Of a stretch of 32,000 nucleotides of DNA, positions 19,783 to 28,505 are shown piece after piece. The DNA is taken from NCBI GenBank assembly GCA_031288595.1, contig JAITRB010000007.1, positions 30,001 through 62,000 on the forward strand, in the 5' to 3' direction. Numbering within the stretch: position 1 is the stretch's first letter; each line of letters starts with the position of its first letter. Source of the DNA: Puniceicoccales bacterium (GTDB taxonomy: Bacteria > Verrucomicrobiota > Verrucomicrobiia > Opitutales > JAIRLG01). The notes under the pieces were generated by a model that worked only from the letters and a program-made list of their open reading frames with translations, made no database searches and was not told where the DNA came from. A program made the translations under genes and the position numbers.

Positions 19783-19878
19783 GGGCAGGTCATCTTTAGG
19801 TTCCGCTGCTCCTTGGCAAGCAGGGCTTCTTCTCTGATCCCAGAAAGGCGAAAGGAGTTTTGATTTTCGGAATTCCCC

Positions 19879-20781
19879 TCAGCGCGTCGCTTGCTGATCT
19901 TCCTTCGCCTCTTTGCCTTTTTCCCCCTTGTCCCCTCGTCCTCTTTTAGGACTCAGGCTTTGGCCGATGCTGAAGACACGCGCGGTCTCGATGCCATCCG
20001 CCTCCACGCGTCGCAGCGTGACCCGGGACTCCGGGAGATCGATGTCCGAGAGGATGTAGAGTACATTGTTGATGCTGACCGAGTCCCCGACGTTCTTGAG
20101 CACATGCGTATCGCCGGATTTCAGGGAACGGAAGACAATGGTGTGGACATTGTCGTAGAACTTCCGCTCCCGCCCCAGATCGATGTACTGTTCGGTCTCC
20201 AAATCGTAGATGGTCACGACGGGCTCCTGGAGCTTGACCCCTTCTTCCGTCTCGATGGCGATGAGCTTGAAATCCGAAACCGATATTTTGGAACTGGGAA
20301 TGGCGTGTCCCAGGGTGCAGCGAAAGGTATGCTTCTGCTGCAGATCGTTCAGCATGATGATGTAGTCCTTGTAGGAGGCCTTGGCCTTCGGCCGCTCCAG
20401 CACATAGCCCTCGAACTGGATACGGTAGGGCGTTCTCTGGAAGGAAATCAGCTCCAGCTCGAACTCCAGCGGATCGGAGACATATTCCGGAAGTTCGGCC
20501 GACAGGGTCTTGCCGATAGAGGTGATCTGCGGTGGGGTGAAGAGGTCGAAGAGCCAGGTGGGGCCTAGGGGAAGGGCCTCTGGATTCCTCCATTTCAGAT
20601 AAGGCGGCAAACGGTAGTTTAGGATCTCTTCCTTCGGCGCGGGATATTGGTGGTAATCCCCCCCTTCCAGCGAGGGGAGAACAGGTTTCGTGTCCTGGTA
20701 ATTCAGGAGAAGGTAGGCCTTGATACCTCCCAGAGTTCCCAGAGCGAGGAGTACCCACATCAGCTGTTTCCGAAACGTCAT
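19879..20781 (-). CDS. membrane-anchored hypothetical protein (PilP-position member of pilus-like cluster)
   Basis: 300 aa with a single N-terminal TM helix (LMWVLLALGTLGGIKAYLLL), a beta-rich-looking body and a Lys/Gly/Glu-rich tail. It starts 13 nt after the upstream gene of the same cluster. Confidence 0.7.
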   Translation of the reverse strand: MTFRKQLMWVLLALGTLGGIKAYLLLNYQDTKPVLPSLEGGDYHQYPAPKEEILNYRLPPYLKWRNPEALPLGPTWLFDLFTPPQITSIGKTLSAELPEYVSDPLEFELELISFQRTPYRIQFEGYVLERPKAKASYKDYIIMLNDLQQKHTFRCTLGHAIPSSKISVSDFKLIAIETEEGVKLQEPVVTIYDLETEQYIDLGRERKFYDNVHTIVFRSLKSGDTHVLKNVGDSVSINNVLYILSDIDLPESRVTLRRVEADGIETARVFSIGQSLSPKRGRGDKGEKGKEAKEDQQATR

Positions 20782-20794
20782 GATCGATCCGAAA

Positions 20795-21670
20795 TTACAT
20801 GAGTATATTTCCGGCCTGTTCGTTGAAGCCGAGCCACTCCAGGGTTAAAGTGATCCGCGAATAGCCCGAGGCCACCACGATCTTGGCGTTGTCCTTCGGG
20901 GCCAGCCGTTCCGCCGGTTTGATGGATAAGCCGCGCAGCACGAAGGGCAGCTGTTCCTTCCGCATATGGTTGATGAAGTTGCGCAGCGTCTTGCTGTAGT
21001 CCTCGAAGACGATCTGCACGCACACCGAACTCACCTTCCCCTTTGAGGAGGACAGCCGGTGGAAGCTGCTCATTGGGAAAGTATCTCCCTCGCCCTTGTT
21101 CTTGCTGTCGGAAGACAGGGCCTCGCGTTTGACCGAGATCAGGTTCATGCCGCCATCTTGGGAGGAGAAGAGCAGGCCTAATACTTTCTCCATCACGAAG
21201 GTCTGCTCCCAGAGGTCTTTCAGCGCTGTTTTGGGAGGGCTGGTATTTTTTTTGACGAAGCTCGAAAAACCGAAACTGATCTCCGTGGGATAGCGTACCC
21301 CCAGGAGGCCGGCCTGTTCTCGCATGCGCTGCTCGAAGGCCGCGACGGCGAAGAAGAAGTCGACGGTGTTTTTGGGAATCTGCTGCTCGGAGCCCAGCGT
21401 CGAGTGATCGTAATAATCCTCTAGCAGTCCATAGACCAGGAGCGCGTAGGCGTTGGCATCGCTCCGCGCCTGCATCAATGTGCGGCGACTGATGGGGGGA
21501 TCCTGCGCGAGCAACTGGGACTTAAACTGCTGCAGCTCCGCTATGAGCCCTTGCAGGGTCACTTTCAGGGATTGTTCCGCGGTGATCTGTTGCCAGAGAG
21601 AGACGACGGCTGACGCGAAGAGGAGCGTGGCTCCTAGAAAGAAACCGTGCCGTCGGAAGAATTTCATCAC
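20795..21670 (-). CDS. membrane-anchored pilus-associated protein, Amuc_1100-like / PilO-position
   Basis: 291 aa with an N-terminal TM helix, a coiled-coil-like segment and a C-terminal alpha/beta region. Its start overlaps the PilM/N-like gene's stop by 4 nt (ATGA). Position and architecture resemble the Amuc_1100 family of Verrucomicrobia; this is from my recollection, not an alignment. Confidence 0.65.
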   Translation of the reverse strand: MMKFFRRHGFFLGATLLFASAVVSLWQQITAEQSLKVTLQGLIAELQQFKSQLLAQDPPISRRTLMQARSDANAYALLVYGLLEDYYDHSTLGSEQQIPKNTVDFFFAVAAFEQRMREQAGLLGVRYPTEISFGFSSFVKKNTSPPKTALKDLWEQTFVMEKVLGLLFSSQDGGMNLISVKREALSSDSKNKGEGDTFPMSSFHRLSSSKGKVSSVCVQIVFEDYSKTLRNFINHMRKEQLPFVLRGLSIKPAERLAPKDNAKIVVASGYSRITLTLEWLGFNEQAGNILM

Positions 21671-23286
21671 AGGGCAAGAGGGGTTTCTTTGCGGAGCAGA
21701 AGGTCAAAACTGAAGGCGACGGTGTGCTCGTCCTTCACGAAGAGTTGGATATTCTGTAGCTCTTTCACGAAGGGAACTTGCTGCATGTTCTGCAGAAACT
21801 GAGCCATCTGTCGCTCAGTATGCGCTTGTCCCAGTGCTTCGGTCGTCAGCATACTTCCCCTCATCGTTATCTGGGGCGATGCGGCCTCCAGCTTCCAGTC
21901 CCATTCATCGAACCACAGGGTCTGGGCCTTAGCCGTCTGCTCCTGAAGGCTGTTGAAGAATTTCAACCAGGCATCCTGGTGGTCCACCAGCGAGCGAATG
22001 CGGTCGGCATCCTTCCGCCTCGTCGTGATCTGTTCCTTGGCGGCGGCTATCCCTTTTTCGATCTGCACGGCTTCCCGTTGAAAGGCTTTCAGTATGACGA
22101 TCTCGTGCCTGGCCGATTTGTTTTCTGTCTGCAGCAGGGACATCTCTCCGAAGAGAAGGATCGAGGCGATGAGTACAGAGGCCAGAATCCACGCTTTGCA
22201 GCGCGTGAAGTAGTAGTCCGCCTTCCAGGATGCAGGGATCATGTCCATGAAAAACGCAGAGCCCTTGCGGCGATTCCTGGTGCTGGTCATGCCGTAGGCC
22301 GCGATCAAAGAGGGCTCGAGAACGGCTTTCATTTCCTTCGGGCCCCGTCTTTCGTAGCTGAACCTAAAGTGCTCGGATGCGGGGATGACGCTCTTGCCTG
22401 CATCCGCCAATACCTTTCCCACGAAGGCGTAGGCCGACGAGTGATAGGCCCCGAGAACGGCCTGGTGATACTCCTTCCCGGACGCTTCTCGATACAGGGC
22501 GAGTTCGGCCTGTTTGAACTTTGCATGCAACTGCTGCCGCGCCTGGGCGCCACAGGCACCGGCGGCGGTGGTCGGATCGGCAGCCAGTATCTCCTGCACG
22601 ACCCGCGTATCGTCCGATATTCCCTCCCCAAGGGCAGGGATGATTTCCCTAAAACTCTTCAATAGACCCAGATGCTCGTGGGGAATGGTGCTCATCCTCG
22701 TCTTTTTTCCCTCCTGGAAGCAGAGAGTGATGACATGCGCTCCGACGTAGACGAAAAGCGTCGGGTCTTTGCAGCTCGCCTGCTCGAAGCGCAGCAGGGC
22801 CAGGAGACTATCGACAAAGACGTGCCGGACGGAGACATAGCGCTTGGCCAAGATTTCCAGCCATTTCTCCAGAAAATCCCGCTTGAGGGCGAAGCAGGGG
22901 AGGTCCTTTTCCTTGCCGAAAGCGCTGATGAAGCCCGTGATCCATTTCTCGCTTGCACCTTCGGCCTCGCGCATCGACCGCTGGAACTCGAAGTCGATGG
23001 CCTGTCGGTAATGTGGCTTTGAGATGGCGGGTATATCCAGCTGCCTGAAGGCCACAGCTTCGCTGGGCACGATGACGGAATGGATCTTCTGTCGCACGTG
23101 AAGGGGGAGTTTTTTGATCCAAGCGTCAAAGGCCCTGAGCCACTCCTCTTCGCCGTGAGTCCTGAGCTCTTGACCCCAAATGCGCGCTATGCGCCATGTG
23201 CCCAGTCTCTTTATCCAGCGCACGATGGCGAAGCACGACGCATTCCCCAGTAGGATAAACTTCTCCCTGCTCAACCCAAACCCCAT
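21667..23286 (-). CDS. fused PilM-like (actin-fold) / PilN-like protein (GspL-like architecture)
   Basis: 539 aa. A ~360-aa cytoplasmic region is followed by one TM helix (AWILASVLIASILLFG), a coiled coil and a small C-terminal domain. This is the layout of PilM plus PilN or of GspL. The nucleotide-binding motifs look degenerate. Confidence 0.65.
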   Translation of the reverse strand: MGFGLSREKFILLGNASCFAIVRWIKRLGTWRIARIWGQELRTHGEEEWLRAFDAWIKKLPLHVRQKIHSVIVPSEAVAFRQLDIPAISKPHYRQAIDFEFQRSMREAEGASEKWITGFISAFGKEKDLPCFALKRDFLEKWLEILAKRYVSVRHVFVDSLLALLRFEQASCKDPTLFVYVGAHVITLCFQEGKKTRMSTIPHEHLGLLKSFREIIPALGEGISDDTRVVQEILAADPTTAAGACGAQARQQLHAKFKQAELALYREASGKEYHQAVLGAYHSSAYAFVGKVLADAGKSVIPASEHFRFSYERRGPKEMKAVLEPSLIAAYGMTSTRNRRKGSAFFMDMIPASWKADYYFTRCKAWILASVLIASILLFGEMSLLQTENKSARHEIVILKAFQREAVQIEKGIAAAKEQITTRRKDADRIRSLVDHQDAWLKFFNSLQEQTAKAQTLWFDEWDWKLEAASPQITMRGSMLTTEALGQAHTERQMAQFLQNMQQVPFVKELQNIQLFVKDEHTVAFSFDLLLRKETPLAL

Positions 23287-23542
23287 CTCTGGAACGAGCG
23301 TATGCGTTTTCTCTGCGGCGTCAATCGTTCCTCTTTTCGTCCCTGCTTTTTTCTCAAGCCCCAGGCTCCATGATCGGCGCTCCTCTCCGGATTTTCGTTC
23401 GGGGAAAAATGCTTTATTGGAAAAAACTCCTCGGCGAAGGAGGGCTGCCCCGTCGATCTGCTCGGCGATTCCGATTCAGTGCCCCCAGTATTTTCCCTTT
23501 GTGTAGGGAGGAATTTTTCTCCATCTAGGGAGGGTGCAAGGG

Positions 23543-24769
23543 ATGGAAGAGCCTATCGTCATCACCGGAGTCGGTCTCACGGCGCCCAACGGCAATACTC
23601 TGGAAGAGTTTCGGCGCAATTTACTGGCGGGATTCAGTCGGATACAGTGGCTGGAGGTGCGCCATATGGGTCGGGTGCCGGCCGGAGTCTGCGACTTCGA
23701 TGTCTTGCGCTACCAGGGCCAAAAGGAGATCAAGAACGGTACCCGTGCGGGCAGCATCGCTCTCTACTGTGCCCATGAGGCTCTGCAGGATGCCGGCATC
23801 CTGCTTTCGGAGCGTGATCTCTCCCGAATCGGGATCTACATCGGCATCACGGAGCATGGGACGGTCGAGACGGAGAATGAGATCCATGCGCTATCGCTCT
23901 TCCACTACGACGTCCGCTACTGGTCGCACCACCACAACCCACGGACGATCGCCAACAATCCGGCCGGAGAGGTCAGCATCCAGCTCGGCATCACGGGGCC
24001 GCACTATACCCTGGGGGCCGCCTGTGCGGCCGGCAACATCGGGATCATCCAGGCGGTACAGATGCTGCGCCTCGGGGAGGTCGACCTCGCCCTGGCCGGT
24101 GGGGTCAGCGAGAGCATCCGCTCCTTCGGCATCTTCGCGGGCTTTAGGAGCCAGGGGGCGCTCGGCCATGGAGAGGATCCCAATACTGTCAGCAGGCCCT
24201 TCGACCTTGGGCGAAATGGGATCGTCATCAGCGAAGGGGGATGCCTCTACACGCTGGAGCGGCTCTCCGATGCCCGGAAGCGGAGGGCGAAGATCTATGG
24301 GGAAATTGCCGGCTACGCCATCAATTCCGATGCCGCCCATGCGGTGCTGCCCAATCCCCAGCGCCAGGCGGAGTGCGTGCGTCTGGCTCTGCGGCGAGCC
24401 CGACTGAACCCCCAGGACATCGATATCCTCAACACCCATGCGACCTCCACCATCCAGGGAGATCGGCAGGAGTGCCTCGCCGTGCGGGAAGTCTTCAGCT
24501 CCTGTCCGAAGACCTTTATCAACAACACTAAGAGCTTCATCGGCCATGCGATGGGGGCCGCCGGTGCGCTCGAGTTGGCCGGCAATCTACCGGCTTTTGA
24601 GGACCGTCAGGTCCATGCGACGATCCACATCGAGCACCTGGATCCCCAGTGCGAGTTGCCGAATCTCGTCTGCAACGAAGTGCGTTCTGTCCCCGAAGTC
24701 CGCACCATCCTTAACACCTCCTTCGGCATGCTGGGGATCAATTCCGTCGTGATCGTCCGGAAGCTCTGA
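23543..24769 (+). CDS. fabF: beta-ketoacyl-ACP synthase II family protein
   Basis: The Cys-His-His catalytic triad contexts are present: GPHYTLGAACAAG, NTHATST and GHAMGAAG. The ATG at 23543 lies 8 nt after GGGAGGG (the track ORF starts at GTG 23534). Confidence 0.9.
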   Translation: MEEPIVITGVGLTAPNGNTLEEFRRNLLAGFSRIQWLEVRHMGRVPAGVCDFDVLRYQGQKEIKNGTRAGSIALYCAHEALQDAGILLSERDLSRIGIYIGITEHGTVETENEIHALSLFHYDVRYWSHHHNPRTIANNPAGEVSIQLGITGPHYTLGAACAAGNIGIIQAVQMLRLGEVDLALAGGVSESIRSFGIFAGFRSQGALGHGEDPNTVSRPFDLGRNGIVISEGGCLYTLERLSDARKRRAKIYGEIAGYAINSDAAHAVLPNPQRQAECVRLALRRARLNPQDIDILNTHATSTIQGDRQECLAVREVFSSCPKTFINNTKSFIGHAMGAAGALELAGNLPAFEDRQVHATIHIEHLDPQCELPNLVCNEVRSVPEVRTILNTSFGMLGINSVVIVRKL

Positions 24770-24796
24770 GGGGAGAAAGGCTTGGGATCTTTAGGA

Positions 24797-24906
24797 GGAG
24801 CAATGGCCGCTTTCGGAGAAAGCTCGGCGCTTCGGCCCGAAGGGCCGGAGCGCCGTGTCTTGACTGGGCCGGCTCCGCCGGCCCAGTCAAGACAGGCCAT
24901 TGCGCC
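24797..24906 (+). repeat. cloverleaf-type intergenic palindromic element, copy A (subfamily A/B)
   Basis: Closing stem 24797-24808 / 24895-24906 (12 bp, one mismatch). It encloses gctttc-gga-gaaagc (24809-24823), a 14-bp hairpin with one G-U (24825-24855) and a perfect 18-bp hairpin (24856-24894). It starts 27 nt after the fabF-like stop. Confidence 0.85.
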
Positions 24907-24995
24907 TTACCCATTGCACCCTAGCAGGGCCTATGCTCTCTCTCCGCCATCTTTGGCCTTGCCTCCCCGAGAACTCTCCCGTAAATAAGGAAAAC

Positions 24996-25448
24996 ATGCT
25001 TGCGGACATCGAGAAGATCCGGCAACTGGCGGCGGTGATGGCGGAGGTCGGCCTTACGGAGATCGAGGTGGAGGGAGAGGGAGGCCGAATCCGCCTATCC
25101 AAACAGGCGGCTTTGACCTCAGTGGCGACCTGGCCGCCGACAGAGCTGGAATCGACGCCCTTGCCCAAGCCTTCGACGGCTTCTGGAACATCGAGTCCCT
25201 ATGGGGATTGCCGGACGATCGAATCGCCTCTGGTGGGGACTTTCTACCGCGCAGCTACGCCTGATGGGGAGGCGCTGGTCGCGCTGGGAGATCGGGTGGC
25301 AATCGGCACACCCGTCTGCATCCTAGAGGCCATGAAGGTCATGAACGAGATCCTCTCGGACGTGGAGGGGACGGTGGTCGAGATCCCCGTCCAGAATGCT
25401 GAGCCTGTGGAGTTCGGCCAGGTGCTCTTTTACATCCGGCCCGCCTGA
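24996..25448 (+). CDS. accB: acetyl-CoA carboxylase biotin carboxyl carrier protein
   Basis: The biotinylation motif EAMKVMNEI is present, with a Pro/Ala/Ser-rich linker before the lipoyl-like domain. The ATG at 24996 avoids overlap with the repeat element (the track ORF starts at 24900). Confidence 0.9.
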   Translation: MLADIEKIRQLAAVMAEVGLTEIEVEGEGGRIRLSKQAALTSVATWPPTELESTPLPKPSTASGTSSPYGDCRTIESPLVGTFYRAATPDGEALVALGDRVAIGTPVCILEAMKVMNEILSDVEGTVVEIPVQNAEPVEFGQVLFYIRPA

Positions 25449-25458
25449 GCCGCTCGCC

Positions 25459-26814
25459 ATGATCCGAAAGCTGCTCATCGCCAACCGCGGGGAAATCGCC
25501 GTCCGCATCCTGCGGGCTTGCCGGGAGATGGGCATCGAAACTCTGGCAGTCTACTCCCAAGCTGATCGCTCTTCCCTGCATGTCCAGCTGGCCGACGAAG
25601 CCATCTGCATCGGGCCAGCCGCGGCGTCTGAGAGTTACCTCCGCCTGGACCGCATCCTCAGCGCCGCTGAATTGGCCAATGCCGATGCCATCCATCCGGG
25701 CTATGGTTTTCTCTCGGAAAATCCGAACTTCGCCCAGCTCTGCGAGGACTGCCGCATTCGCTTCGTGGGGCCGAGTGCAGAGACGATTCGGCAGATGGGG
25801 GACAAGGCACGGGCCAAGGAGGTGGCCAGACGTGCCGGTGTGCCGACGGTTCCGGGTAGCGAGGGCGTCTTGGCCGATGAGGGGGAGGCCCTGGCCCTGG
25901 CGGAAAAAATAGGCTGGCCGGTTCTGCTCAAGGCGGTGGCCGGCGGCGGTGGCCGGGGCATGCGCCTTGTGTCGCGGCCGCAGGATTTGTCTCAGGACTT
26001 CCTGCTCGCCTGCCACGAAGCTGAAAGGAATTTCGGCCGTGGGGAGCTCTATCTGGAGAAGTACATCGAGGCACCGCGGCACATCGAGCTTCAAATCCTG
26101 GCCGATGCCCAGGGACACTGCGTCCACCTCGGCGAGCGCGACTGCTCCGTCCAGCGCCGCTACCAAAAGCTGATGGAAGAAGCTCCCTCTCCTTTTCTCG
26201 ATGAGCCGCTGCGCCGGCGGATGGGGGAGGCGGCCATACGCATCGCCCAGAATGCCCACTATGAGGGGGTTGGTACCGTCGAGTTCCTCGTCGATGGGCG
26301 GAAGAACTTCTACTTCATGGAGATGAATACCCGTCTCCAGGTGGAGCACGGGGTCACGGAGGAGGCGACGGGCATCGACCTCGTCCAGCAGCAGCTGCGG
26401 GTGGCGATGGGGGAGCCGCTATCCCTGCGTCAGGAGGACATTCATTTCATAGGCCATGCGCTGGAGTGCCGGATCAATGCCGAGGATCCGGAGAGGAATT
26501 TCGCACCCAGCCCGGGAAGGATTTCCCTCTACCATGCCCCGGGAGGTCCTGGCATTCGGATGGACTCATCGGTCTACGGCGGCTACGAGATCCCAACGCA
26601 CTACGACAGCCTGGTCGGCAAGCTCATAGCCACCGGAGCGACGCGGCCGGAGGCGATCCAACGCCTGGAAGGCGCGCTGGCCGAGCTGCGCCTCGAGGGC
26701 ATCGCGACGACGGCTCCTCTGGTCAGAGAGATCCTGCGAGACGAGGATTTCCGCGAGGGCCGTGTGACGACCCATTTTCTCCAAAACTTTCTCGGGCGCA
26801 GCCGCAGCGCCTGA
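25459..26814 (+). CDS. accC: acetyl-CoA carboxylase biotin carboxylase subunit
   Basis: The N-terminus MIRKLLIANRGEIAVRILRACREMGI, the ATP-grasp motif GGGGRGMRLV and EMNTRLQVEH are present. The ATG at 25459 lies 10 nt after the accB stop. Confidence 0.95.
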   Translation: MIRKLLIANRGEIAVRILRACREMGIETLAVYSQADRSSLHVQLADEAICIGPAAASESYLRLDRILSAAELANADAIHPGYGFLSENPNFAQLCEDCRIRFVGPSAETIRQMGDKARAKEVARRAGVPTVPGSEGVLADEGEALALAEKIGWPVLLKAVAGGGGRGMRLVSRPQDLSQDFLLACHEAERNFGRGELYLEKYIEAPRHIELQILADAQGHCVHLGERDCSVQRRYQKLMEEAPSPFLDEPLRRRMGEAAIRIAQNAHYEGVGTVEFLVDGRKNFYFMEMNTRLQVEHGVTEEATGIDLVQQQLRVAMGEPLSLRQEDIHFIGHALECRINAEDPERNFAPSPGRISLYHAPGGPGIRMDSSVYGGYEIPTHYDSLVGKLIATGATRPEAIQRLEGALAELRLEGIATTAPLVREILRDEDFREGRVTTHFLQNFLGRSRSA

Positions 26815-26823
26815 TGGCTCACC

Positions 26824-28239
26824 GTGGACTCTGCGAGCGCATTTAAAAAGGATTCCCTGCAGCTCGTCCTCGTGGGACGGCCCAACGTCGGCAAGAGCCG
26901 CCTGTTCAACCGCCTCTGTGGCCGACGCATCGCCATCGTCCACGACCAGGCCGGTGTGACGCGGGATGTCCTCGCCGAGGAAATTTCCCCGGGAATCGTC
27001 CTCCTCGATAGTGGGGGCATCGGCCTGGTCTCCGACGAAAAAGCGGTACTGCTTCGGGCAGTGGAGGAACAGGTCGACTTCGCCATCGCGGCGGCCGACC
27101 GGATTCTCCTCGTCGTCGATGCCTCCGTCGGCTGCCTGCCAGTGGATTTCGAAATCGCCCAGGAGCTCCGCCATTCCGGCAAACCGATTCTCCTCCTGGC
27201 CAACAAGGCCGATGTCGGGGAGCAGCGCCTCCAGCTCGACAGCTTCTACGCATTGGGCCTGGGACCACCTCTAGCCATCTCCGCTGAGAACGGCCAGGGC
27301 GAGGAGACCTTGCGGCGGGAGATCGAGACGTGGGCCCAGAAGCACCTTCGGCCGCGGCCCAAGACAGACGAAGGGATAAAGCCCATTACCCTTTGCTTCG
27401 CCGGTCGGCCGAACAGGGGCAAGTCATCGCTCATCAATGCCCTACTGCGGGAGAAAAGAGCGGTGGTCTCGCCCGTTCCGGGAACGACGCGGGATGCGAC
27501 GGCCTATCATCTGGATTTTTCGAGCACCGGTGGCGAGAGCTTCCGCTTCCGCCTTCTGGACACGGCCGGCGTTCAGGCGAAGAAAAAGCTCGCTTCACCG
27601 GTGGATTATTTTTCGCAAGTCCGAACGGGAAAGGCCATCGCCGAAGCCGACATCGTCTTCCTGGTCGTCGATGCGCTCAGCGGTCTGACCCGCTCAGACC
27701 AGCTGCTCGCCATGCGGGTGCTCGAAGCGGGCCGAGGCCTGCTCCTCGTCGTCCATAAGTGGGACTTGGCCGAGACGGCCTTTCGAGAGGGGAAGCTGGA
27801 AAATTACAGGACACCGGAGGATTTTCAAAAGGATTTTCTCGGAGCCGTTCGGCGGGAACTCCCCTCGCTCCCAGGACTGCCCGTCCTCTTTACATCTATC
27901 CATGCGGCCGATGGAGCTAAGATCCTTTTAGAGGAGGCCCAGGGCCTCTACGCTCGCCTGGCTCAGGCTCTCCCTACGGGGCTGCTCAATCGAACGCTGC
28001 AGAGGCTGATGGAGGCCCATCCGCCGGCCCTCGCCGTCGGTCGACGGTTCAAGATCTACTACGCGACCCAGACGGGAAACTTTCCCTTCCGCCTCAAAAT
28101 TTTTTGCAATCGCCGAGAGCGCCTGGCGGATTCCTATCAGCGCTATCTGGAAAATGGTCTGCGGAAACAGTTCCATCTGGAAGCCTGTCCGCTCCGCTTC
28201 GAATGGGTGGAAAAGGAAGGTCGCCCATCGTGCCTCTGA
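26824..28239 (+). CDS. der: ribosome biogenesis GTPase Der (EngA)
   Basis: Two tandem GTPase domains carry P-loops GRPNVGKS and GRPNRGKS, plus NKAD and HKWD G4 motifs and a KH-like C-terminal domain. The start is GTG. Confidence 0.95.
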   Translation: MDSASAFKKDSLQLVLVGRPNVGKSRLFNRLCGRRIAIVHDQAGVTRDVLAEEISPGIVLLDSGGIGLVSDEKAVLLRAVEEQVDFAIAAADRILLVVDASVGCLPVDFEIAQELRHSGKPILLLANKADVGEQRLQLDSFYALGLGPPLAISAENGQGEETLRREIETWAQKHLRPRPKTDEGIKPITLCFAGRPNRGKSSLINALLREKRAVVSPVPGTTRDATAYHLDFSSTGGESFRFRLLDTAGVQAKKKLASPVDYFSQVRTGKAIAEADIVFLVVDALSGLTRSDQLLAMRVLEAGRGLLLVVHKWDLAETAFREGKLENYRTPEDFQKDFLGAVRRELPSLPGLPVLFTSIHAADGAKILLEEAQGLYARLAQALPTGLLNRTLQRLMEAHPPALAVGRRFKIYYATQTGNFPFRLKIFCNRRERLADSYQRYLENGLRKQFHLEACPLRFEWVEKEGRPSCL

Positions 28240-28270
28240 GAACAGCATTCCTCAGGGATGGTATTTTGGG

Positions 28271-28372
28271 GGCGCAATGGCCGCTTTCGGAGAAAGCCCT
28301 CCCCGGGCGCGGCCGCGCCCGGAGGTTCGTCCTAGTGCCGGCAAAGCCGGCGCCAGGACGGGCCATTGCGCC
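28271..28372 (+). repeat. cloverleaf-type intergenic palindromic element, copy B (subfamily A/B)
   Basis: Perfect 12-bp closing stem ggcgcaatggcc / ggccattgcgcc. The first hairpin is identical to copy A (28283-28297). The second hairpin spans 28298-28325 (5+6 bp with a 2-nt bulge). The third spans 28328-28360 (15 bp, one mismatch and one G-U). It starts 31 nt after the der stop. Confidence 0.85.
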
Positions 28373-28505
28373 TTGCGATGAGAAACAGACCATGCATTTT
28401 CGCTTTTGCCTCGGACATGAAAATGAGTATTTTCTCCTATTGACAGTGCGGGCGAGGTTATAAGTTCGCGCATCCTTCGAATAGCCGCATTCCATCTATG
28501 AGCTA

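Noticed and set aside
19111-19863. 250-aa plus-strand ORF, plus similar long ORFs at 19891-20568, 19946-20758 and 21778-22665
   Set aside because: All overlap thyX or the pilus-like cluster genes in antisense or alternative frames. The chosen frames have TM helices, family motifs or tight operon junctions; these ORFs do not.
24782-24988. Small ORFs sharing the peptide MAAFGES (also 28154-28381), which look like paralogous small proteins
   Set aside because: The shared peptide is encoded by the conserved 5' end of repeat copies A and B. The remainder differs and is palindrome-derived. These are repeat artefacts, not genes.
25339-26349. 336-aa minus-strand ORF
   Set aside because: It is antisense to accC, which carries clear biotin carboxylase motifs. 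This is a shadow ORF.
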